Assembly: GCA_003707115.1 (NCBI GenBank)
Contig: PPNB01000010.1
Span: forward strand, 62,001-126,000
DNA from: Tortispora ganteri
Taxonomy: Eukaryota
Length of the DNA: 64,000 bases
Reading direction: 5' to 3'
How positions within the stretch are numbered: the first letter of the stretch is position 1; every line of letters begins with the position of its first letter. The translations under genes and the position numbers were made by a program. The notes under the pieces are model-generated. The model saw only the letters and a list, made by a program, of their open reading frames with translations, ran no database searches and had not been told where the DNA came from. Shown in pieces: positions 1 to 8,189 of this stretch.

Positions 1-214
1 TTATAAGAATATTAAATTTAGTAGAACTAAAGCTGGCAAATGTTTCGATAAAATGCGTTATGACTTTATATAAATGTGCAGATGGTTAAGTTTGCGCCCC
101 AGAATACTCCAGAAACTAGGGTGCAGGGTACCTCACGTGATCGACAGTTGAGCGTTCTAGACACAAGGCCGATACAGCGGCTCATGTAATTATAAAATGA
201 AAATAGAAAACAGT

Positions 215-2434
215 TCACAGGTATTGACGTTTATCCAATGCTTTAGTTATAAGTGAGATTGAATGATCTTTTAAATCTGACCCTACTTTCCAAGTATCGA
301 GGTCTATGTGCTTAGGAATCTTCTGTCGAGCAGTAAGGAACCGTCTCTGCACGTTAAGAATGTCGATTGGCACCTCGTCTGGCGCAGATTTGCCAGAAAG
401 ACTCAACGTAGATAGCTTGCGCATAGCCTGATTAATCTGCCGTCCTGGCCTGCTAGTACTTTCTTTTCCGCTGTTGAAGGGCTGTGCAGACGCGTGAAAA
501 GGAGTCACAGAGGAAACATTGTTTGGCTTCTTTGGAGAGTCATTAGACGACAAGAAACCAGACAGCGATTCATGTGCAGGGAGGCCTTTAAGGAATGTAG
601 GTTTTTTAGGTACAGGCGGTGCATGACGTCGTGTAACTTGATTTTGCGTGTTTTTCGGTAAATCTTTATCTTCGTTCTCCAGAGATCGCGGGGGCAGCGA
701 AGGAGGTGGAATCCTCTCAGAGACTAGTTTCGGCTCGTAGTCGCTATCGTCGCTATAAACTGAAGTAATTCCTTGCTTCAGTTTCTCAACCAGCGGCTTA
801 GCCGATAACATTGAGGTCCATAGGAAGTCACTAGCAGTACGTCCCTTCGCTGGTTTCGGTTCAGGCATAGGTTTATTGGAGTCAGCAGCTAATGGTATGC
901 CCTCGCCAGCGTTGACGTCCAGTGATTGCAACATTTCAGCAGACAGACTTGTGTCATTAGCAAGATCCATTAGGCTAATTTGAGAGCCTTCGGGTGTAGT
1001 GACATCTCTAATATAAACGGCCAAAATTTGGTCTGGGAACTCGCAACACATCTCCACGTAGATCTCTAAATCCGATTCTCCTGAATCACCAATCAGAATA
1101 AACTTTCTCTGAGGGAAATCGCTGAGAATTCTTGTCAAACTACCACGCTTCCGTTGACCTACTGGTTCAAATATACCATTCATCAGTCCACTGTAGCTCC
1201 GCAGATGGTAACTTCCAGGGGGTAACTGGAGCGTGGTTAGTGTATCGTATATGTTGGTGAACATCTGCCAGGGACTATTAGAGACGTAGTGGAAAGACGC
1301 GCCCATGCTGCGCATCTCGCTGTACCAGTCACTGACTCCTTGTATACGGCAGTCTAGGGGATCGCGTATAAAGACGTTCTTGAGCATTTCCCTCCGCGGG
1401 CCATTTACGCCTGTAGTTTTCACTGTGTCGTCTATGTCCGAAATAACGCTTATTCCCTCTGCTGACAGAATGTTTGCAGGGATAATATCAACACGTCCTT
1501 CAATAGTTTCAGCGCCTAAGGTTGCCGGAATGAATCCTACCCTCAAACGTTCGTCAATACGGCCAGATTCATTAGTTTTCACCTCAAATGTAGCAGACGG
1601 AGCGTTGAACATATTATCGTCGCTATCTGATCCGGTAATAAAGACCCGGACAGTTTTGTTTGACATAGGCTTAGTTAAAAGGGGCGCCATTCTTTGTAGC
1701 AGGACCGCATTGGCAGTCAGTTCTTCGCCTTGGAAGGATGAATAATCGAAGGAACTTTCCTCGCTGCGATCCACATCAGCGGATTCTAACGGTACATCAG
1801 ATGCAGGTTCGTCAAATGAGATCAGATTTTGTTCTTCTGGGATAGTCTGAGGCAAGTTAGCTGGTACTGACTCCTTTGTGGAGGGATCTAGTTTCGGGGT
1901 ACCACTGCCCGAAATCTTCTTAAGCTCTGATCCGACGATTTGGCGGAGTATCGAGGCGTATATACGTTCTTTCTTTTTAGCGTAACCGTTCATACCGTAG
2001 AACCCGCGAACGTCTATTTCGTAGTCATTAGAAAACTTATGCCTGCGTGAATAGCCAGGGTATAATACAATAAATTCATCATTAGGGTCCCTCGAAAACA
2101 TAGAGCTAGCGGAGTCGGAGGAGGATGCCGATATAACGGACTCAGGTGCTGACCTGGAGCGGTATCCTGAATCTGATTCTGCAGCAAAATACTCTTCTTT
2201 CTTTGATCTGAGGTATTTGAGCAGTCTTGCCTTGCGTGAGCCACCCACAGGCCAAACTGGCGCCGATGGCGAAACTGTTGCCTGAGCCACCGCATTAGAT
2301 GATCTTCGTGATGTCCAGTCAGGCCTAGAGGGTGTTACAGGTACGCGATCATAGGAAGAATCACTGAATTCGCTTTTAAAATCACATGGAGTACTGTCGG
2401 CATGTGTTGGCGAATATTTATGAGAAGTATCCAT
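215..2434 (-). CDS. APP1: Phosphatidate phosphatase App1 (actin-patch protein)
   Basis: Catalytic ISDIDDTVK (DxDxT) motif, FHYVSNSPWQ, FILIGDSGESDLEIY, AVYIRDV, and Pro-rich C-terminal SH3-binding motifs. The first ATG is at 2434; the ORF-track start is a non-ATG codon. Confidence 0.88.
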   Translation of the reverse strand: MDTSHKYSPTHADSTPCDFKSEFSDSSYDRVPVTPSRPDWTSRRSSNAVAQATVSPSAPVWPVGGSRKARLLKYLRSKKEEYFAAESDSGYRSRSAPESVISASSSDSASSMFSRDPNDEFIVLYPGYSRRHKFSNDYEIDVRGFYGMNGYAKKKERIYASILRQIVGSELKKISGSGTPKLDPSTKESVPANLPQTIPEEQNLISFDEPASDVPLESADVDRSEESSFDYSSFQGEELTANAVLLQRMAPLLTKPMSNKTVRVFITGSDSDDNMFNAPSATFEVKTNESGRIDERLRVGFIPATLGAETIEGRVDIIPANILSAEGISVISDIDDTVKTTGVNGPRREMLKNVFIRDPLDCRIQGVSDWYSEMRSMGASFHYVSNSPWQMFTNIYDTLTTLQLPPGSYHLRSYSGLMNGIFEPVGQRKRGSLTRILSDFPQRKFILIGDSGESDLEIYVEMCCEFPDQILAVYIRDVTTPEGSQISLMDLANDTSLSAEMLQSLDVNAGEGIPLAADSNKPMPEPKPAKGRTASDFLWTSMLSAKPLVEKLKQGITSVYSDDSDYEPKLVSERIPPPSLPPRSLENEDKDLPKNTQNQVTRRHAPPVPKKPTFLKGLPAHESLSGFLSSNDSPKKPNNVSSVTPFHASAQPFNSGKESTSRPGRQINQAMRKLSTLSLSGKSAPDEVPIDILNVQRRFLTARQKIPKHIDLDTWKVGSDLKDHSISLITKALDKRQYL

Positions 2435-2844
2435 TAATAACTTTGCAGTTAAGCGATAGCACAATATAGAAATGCAATAGTCAAACTGTGGCGGACGTAC
2501 TGATGTAAAATGCAAAGTTTCTTGCCTGCACAAATACAACTTTTTTTACTATTAAAATAAAACAAACATGTAGTCAGGATAAATTGCGCACCAAAATAAG
2601 AAGAAACAAGTTCTTGAAATTGATTTCGGTTTCTCGGCTTAGTCAGGGATCGGGGAACTAACTACAATCTAAATACGACACATAGAGTATATAATTAACA
2701 CCAAAAACATATATACGAATTCGTATACATAATTCAGTGAAAATACATATTTAACAACTTAGAAATTATAGAGAAAAGAGAAAAAAAAAGACAAACAAAT
2801 AAACGCCAGTAAATAGTCGTGCTAGTATACAGGCAGCAAACATG

Positions 2845-4791
2845 TTACATAGGGATGTCACTACCAGCTGCAACGGCAGGTGCGGATTCAGATTTTCCAA
2901 AATAATCGTCCATTTCCGCATCTAACTGATCAGCAGTTTTCCGGCTGGGTCGCCCAGCCTTTTTGGAAGCAGTAGCGGGTTTCGCCTTTTTAGTCTTCTT
3001 AGCAGCTTTCTTAGGAGCAGTTTTAGAAGACGCAGAAGCAGGGGCGGCAATACGATCAGCCAATTCTTTCTTGGTGGGATCAAAAATCAGTTCCACCTAA
3101 ATAGTAAACTCGTTAGTTCTGAAACAATAACGATCAGTGTGCTTCAAGCAAAAGTAGTATACTTACCTTCATCTTTCTTTTTCCTCCATCGACTTTAGTT
3201 CCATTGAACTTCTCGAAAGCTTTGTTGCCATCCCCCATTTTGTTGAATTCAATGGTGCATACACCGGTGGATTTGCCTTGTTCAGTATATACAAGTGTAG
3301 CTTTTCGAATAGATCCAACTTCAGAAGAGAAATATTCCTATACAAATGGTTAGTTGCCATAATCAAAATCCAAAAACTGAATATGAAAACAAAAACAAAA
3401 TATCGAAATATAAGCAACCAACAAAGAACACACGTATAGAAAAGAAACACAAAAAGCTGAAAGAAAACATCATAATTAAACCATGAGAAGCATGCGACTA
3501 GGAAATTTAAGCCAGAGTAGTTACAGGGAATATTTAAACGAAGAATCCGCGAAAAAGCTTTGACAACGCAACTACTATACATTCGCAGCCTTGGCTTGAG
3601 TATCAAATACTGCATACCATCAAAAATCATAAATTCAACTGAATTAGATGTTAATGAGTATTTGAATTCTTCCATGCTGGATATTAAAACAATGGTTTCA
3701 AGCAATAATTTAGCGAAAACGTAGAGCGTCCTTAGTCACGATTTGCTATATGGCTGCGAAAAATATGGACTATACACCACAAGCGTAAAAAGTAGTTCAA
3801 AACAGACAACGTTGCCTCTTGAGTTATGTAAAGAAATAATCAACTCATAGAAAGTGCAAATATCATTGACTGCAACCGAGTACCGCACATAAGTGGCAAT
3901 AGTAAAATGCATATCAGCGCAAATAGACAAAACTAGCTTTACCATTAAGGGATGGTGCGAAAAAAATATAACCAGATCACTATCTCTTGCATTCAATTTG
4001 TCAACTATGAAAATATAAATCATAGTTTACGAGTTCGCAATCAGCCAGAAGTTTCCTGTGTATCTCTGCAATTGTACTATTATTCGATAAGTAACAATAC
4101 ATACCTTAATCGAAGAGATAGGAACATCTTGAGGCTATAAAAGAGTTAGTTTACGGCTCATAGAGAACGAATAAGTGCTTTCTTTTGAAAAAGAAGAGCA
4201 CGCGAAAATTGGTATACACTGGAAACCGCGATAATTATAATATGTATAGCTTTAGAACGAGTGCATTCATTTTCAAAAGAGCTATACAAAATGTTGGCGG
4301 GTATGCGAGATAGGCATGGTGCTGAGGTATTATATCACGCATGGTGGTAATAATTCACCTATATCAATGTTCGACAAGGTCGAGCAAGTGTTTTGAAACC
4401 AGATGGTACCAAATGAACCCGTACTCATACCGGATAAATAAACCGGGCCAAAGTATGCTTCACACATCCAACTTATAATTATTCACTCGGTATTCCAGTG
4501 CATTATAAGAAAACCTAGAAAATTGAACAAGCTAATGTCAATCTTCTATAACGGTTTTTGTATTCAAACACATACCAGTCCAGAAATCACAACTTTTGCA
4601 GTTGGTTGTTGTTGAACCGGTGTTTTAGCTTCAGCTTTTTTATTTTCCGGTTTTTTGGCTGACGATTTCTTTCCAACTTTTCCTGCAGCAGCAACAGCAC
4701 CCCCGGCTTTGCGGCGATGAATCGGGCGGCGGGCACCACGAGGTTTACTGGCAAGAATTTCGTCAAGAGACTTATCCAAATTAACAGACAT
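2845..4791 (-). CDS. YRA1: mRNA export adaptor Yra1 (REF/Aly family), 4 exons, 222 aa
   Basis: Exons 4791-4576 (MSVNLDKSLDEI...VVISGL), 4134-4105 (PQDVPISSIK), 3337-3167 (EYFSSEVG...GKSTGVCTIEF...FNGTKVDGGKRKMK) and 3096-2845 (VELIFDP...LDAEMDDYF) join in frame. All introns are GT...AG and phase 0. REF-N box, RRM and REF-C box are all present. Confidence 0.95.
3097..3166 (-). other. YRA1 intron 3 (70 nt)
   Basis: GTAAGT donor 3166-3161, AACTAAC branch near 3118-3112, TAG acceptor 3099-3097. Confidence 0.9.
3338..4104 (-). other. YRA1 intron 2 (767 nt, structured)
   Basis: GTATGT donor 4104-4099, AACTAAC branch 3355-3349, TAG acceptor 3340-3338; U-rich 3' region; several perfect 8-9 bp inverted repeats. 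Confidence 0.9.
4135..4575 (-). other. YRA1 intron 1 (441 nt, structured)
   Basis: GTATGT donor 4575-4570, AACTAAC branch 4151-4145, TAG acceptor 4137-4135; nested inverted repeats. Confidence 0.9.
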
Positions 4792-5139
4792 TCTATATAT
4801 TCGGAATTTTATAAGAGAAATACCGGGATTAGTAGAGATTTGTCAAAATCCGATGTGCACAGCGGCGGTAGAAGTACACGGTAAGTTGACATGGGTGGAA
4901 AAGAAGGCGGGAAAAGAACATCGCTTAACTTTAATTAATATTTAGCATGCATTATTGGATGAACATCTAACGTGCACTTTTCAACAGATTCAGCTCCCTG
5001 ATTTTTAATTAATTAGCAGATCTACAGATATGTGATTTAACTTCTAAATAAAGAATCTATTAAGTTGTTTCAAGACATTAGGAAAATATTCTGAGAGTTG
5101 TTGTCAGTATCACAGACGTAGTTGTGCTAAATGTAGCGG

Positions 5140-6993
5140 TTATTCTTCGTAGACGAAGCCAATATGATCGCGATTATCATCTAAAATGCGCGCATACTCG
5201 AGTAGGAGAAGGTACAGATAAATTTCGACATCTTCCTTTCTAAGTACCTTGCTTGCATGCTGTCTGCCATTGAGTGCTATGCGTTCAGCTATGCCTTGAT
5301 GCGGCTCTATAATGTCATCAAAACCTGTAAAGTATGTGAGTAGTCTTTGACTGTCTTCGAAAGTGTTGTCCATGGGGATGAAATGAAGCCAGGGAACTAT
5401 TCGAGAGTCATGCCATTCGCGGAATATTGTTGCCTTAAATGGCAAACTCTTGCTCTGCAAGAACGGTTTGAATCGTGCGGAGAAGGAATGACCGTCTACG
5501 TCAAGCAGATATTTGTACTGGTACTGATCTGAACTGCTCATCATTGGCAGCTTTCTGTATAATTTGCCTAAGAAATCGCAGTCTGGTACACACCACTGTA
5601 AGTCATAAAAACCAACATCTGAGTGCGATTCTAGGTACTCCTTCGTATCTACTTCACAGAAGCTGAATTCGTCAACCCCATCGGCGTTTGTCCGTTGGCA
5701 AAAAAGTATGGCCGGCTTGCGATTCGGGTAGGATGCATTGAACGTGTCAATTAAAATGTTCCGATGGATTTTCATGTATGTGTTTTTTTTCTCTATGCCA
5801 CCTGTAGTAATTCCTCTCCACATTGCGACATCGCGTTTTTCTGTCCAGTCTGTATCATGCTCACTATTATATCCATACATACCCTCGTTGATGTAGTATT
5901 TATTACCCGGTAGCCTGATATCTAAATGTATACTCGTTTTACATTCCGAGAATATAGGCACCAGTTCCCTGATCTTTTTCATAGTTGGAGGGATTGATAA
6001 GAACCCATGCTTGTCATGGATGAGCGGCCCAACAGTGCATATATCGGTTGCTGTTGTGTAGTTGGCCACGAGACCATTATAAGTATAAAGCTTGCGTATA
6101 TCGCTGACAGGGTTGTTTTTATTTGCCACCCAATGTCTGACAGGAGAGTCTGGTGGACAAGATTTGTAGGCATGGCTGAATACTGGTTCACCTGAATGAT
6201 CAGTTTCCCTGATTTTCTTTAACTCCTTCTTACTAATACGAAAGAAGTCCTGTGTGAACTTGTTTGAAGTGATTTCAAAATGCCGGTCAGTCAACTGCAT
6301 TGCAAGCTGTTCGTGTTGTTGCACTTTATTATAGGGAAGCACTACTCTTGGCTGATCGTGAATATTCACAAGAAGCTCCATGTCCGGTAGGTATTTTGAG
6401 ATATGCCTTATCATGTCCCTGACATCTGTGATACGATAACCATGCTGGTTACTTGTAGCCTTACCATTATGTATTTTCACTGTAGCGATATACTTTATCT
6501 TTTTTGCGCCGTTCATGCGTTTACGTATCTCGGCTGGGGATATTGACCAAAATAGTTTGAGGTCTTCATAGATGGCGTCAAAATGGTCAAAATCTACACA
6601 ACCCTTTTTCTTTGCGTACTCAAACCACTTGTCAAATCGTGGTGGTGGCGCGCGTCCATGCATTTCCTCGTATCGCTGTACGTACTCTTTAAGCGTATAC
6701 TGACGATATATGGGACTCTTGGTTAAGTACGCTTCAAGGTACAGTTGAACCACTGGATCTGAGGATTTAGGGAACTCTTTCAGAGCCTTTACTGAATCAT
6801 CAAACTCTTTCAGGCTCTCTGATGCTACCGATATAGCATCTTCACCGAAAGAGGACATATCCATCCATGGCTCAAACTCATCGCGCTCTGGTTCCTTGAA
6901 CCAGAGCAGCATATACAGGATATTGACCACTACGGCCCCTGCAAGCAGCAGCTTGTATTTTTGACGCAGAATAAGAAGAATCTTTAGTTTCAT
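5140..6993 (-). CDS. CAP10-like glycosyltransferase family 90 protein (Cxt1/Cap10-type), copy 1
   Basis: N-terminal signal anchor; Y...HGRAPPPRFDKWF, NIHDQPRV, WRGITTGG, YKYLLDVDGHSFSARF, KATIFREWHDSRIVPWLHFIP and LLLLEYAR motifs typical of fungal GT90. Confidence 0.88.
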   Translation of the reverse strand: MKLKILLILRQKYKLLLAGAVVVNILYMLLWFKEPERDEFEPWMDMSSFGEDAISVASESLKEFDDSVKALKEFPKSSDPVVQLYLEAYLTKSPIYRQYTLKEYVQRYEEMHGRAPPPRFDKWFEYAKKKGCVDFDHFDAIYEDLKLFWSISPAEIRKRMNGAKKIKYIATVKIHNGKATSNQHGYRITDVRDMIRHISKYLPDMELLVNIHDQPRVVLPYNKVQQHEQLAMQLTDRHFEITSNKFTQDFFRISKKELKKIRETDHSGEPVFSHAYKSCPPDSPVRHWVANKNNPVSDIRKLYTYNGLVANYTTATDICTVGPLIHDKHGFLSIPPTMKKIRELVPIFSECKTSIHLDIRLPGNKYYINEGMYGYNSEHDTDWTEKRDVAMWRGITTGGIEKKNTYMKIHRNILIDTFNASYPNRKPAILFCQRTNADGVDEFSFCEVDTKEYLESHSDVGFYDLQWCVPDCDFLGKLYRKLPMMSSSDQYQYKYLLDVDGHSFSARFKPFLQSKSLPFKATIFREWHDSRIVPWLHFIPMDNTFEDSQRLLTYFTGFDDIIEPHQGIAERIALNGRQHASKVLRKEDVEIYLYLLLLEYARILDDNRDHIGFVYEE

Positions 6994-7021
6994 CTTATTC
7001 TGTTAAAAACATTAGATACTG

Positions 7022-7934
7022 AGGAGAGAGACAAAATATCTGCTCCCTCTAGGAAAAGTAATAAAAGCTCACCTAAAGGGACAGCTTTTATGCCAAGAAC
7101 TTTACGTAAAATAAGGTGTGAGGCCCGCACCTTATTTACGCACATATGAATAGACAGTCTTTATGATTTTTTTTGTCATTTAAGAAAGAAAACTACTTAT
7201 CACTTGAATTTCTGTATTTTAGCTGCTAAATATTTAAATAACAGTAGTAATGCTGCCTTTAGCTATCTGCATCATAATGTCTACACATGCTTGGGGCGAA
7301 ATAAGGTTCATACTTTCCCCTCCCAGCTCCCACGTTATTGGCTTAGCACGTTTCAAGCTCGAACTGCTAGAAGTAGACGTTACATTACGAATCTACTGAA
7401 CATCTTCACAGACTAGTATCACATTTATGCAATACTATAAACAGTGGCTTGTATTTTCTATGTAGAGCAAATAGAATCATTGATTCTCTGTCAATACTTT
7501 CAGCGCGTCAGAGATCTAAGAGAGAGAGAAAAAAATCTGCTTGCTTATAGGAAAAGTAATAAAGGATCGCCTAAAAAGGGGCACATTTTATGCCAAGAAC
7601 TTTACGCAAAATAAAGTGCGAACACCACACCTCATTTACGTACGCATGTATACCTATTAAAGGTGTCTATTAAATTAATTAAATTAACCCAAAGAAAAAA
7701 AAAATAACTACAACTCGGTTGAGTTTGTATTTTAGCTGCTGAATGCACAATTTACAACAGTATTGCCGCATTGAGCAACTTGTATCATAATATCCATGAA
7801 AGCTTGTGGTTGCATAAGGTTCGGCTTGGTACATTCAGCTCTATCTATTGGCTTAGCATGCTACAAGCTCGACCTGGTGACAGTAGATGTTACATTACGA
7901 CTTGACTGAACCCCATATGCAAGTATCATACTTA
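7022..7934. repeat. Diverged direct repeat, two ~410-bp copies (~7022-7427 and ~7519-7934)
   Basis: Collinear shared blocks, e.g. ttttatgccaagaactttacg at 7086-7106 and 7586-7606, tgtattttagctgct, tattggcttagca, gttacattacga. Confidence 0.85.
7234..7392 (-). pseudogene. Possible decayed aldehyde dehydrogenase fragment inside the repeat
   Basis: Minus frame reads ...SSLKRAKPITWELGGESMNLISPQACVD..., resembling the ALDH glutamate active-site region (KPVTLELGGKSPNI...DAD). It is bounded by stops, and the second copy is more degraded. Confidence 0.35.
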
Positions 7935-8189
7935 GCCACACTTAGGAAACAATAGAAAAAACTTGAACTCATAGTAATCAGACAAACTGAATAATCTCAT
8001 CACACTGCGGCCGGCTGGAGCACAAAAGAGGAAGGTGAAACTTGTCCGCCAAATAAAGTTCGATATAATGTCCTTACTGCGGCACATAAACGGACCGCCA
8101 ATATCAGAGATGTAGCTTGACCGGCACGTATAATTTATGTGTCGTTAAAAAGCTATTAATTGCATAAACCGTTCACTTCTTAAGTGCCA

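Noticed and set aside
3228..3245. Apparent frameshift in YRA1 exon 3 at the A4-T-G5 run
   Set aside because: Careful reading gives AAA ATG GGG GAT (K-M-G-D); the 171-nt exon is open and in frame.
3169..4023. ORF-track ORFs of 178 aa (3169-3705) and 95 aa (3736-4023)
   Set aside because: They lie in YRA1 intron 2 or out of frame with exon 3. Their Phe/Leu richness reflects the U-rich intron, and no family is recognisable.
4135..4575. Box C/D snoRNA in YRA1 intron 1
   Set aside because: No RUGAUGA box found on the transcribed strand. An H/ACA or other RNA class cannot be excluded without cmscan.
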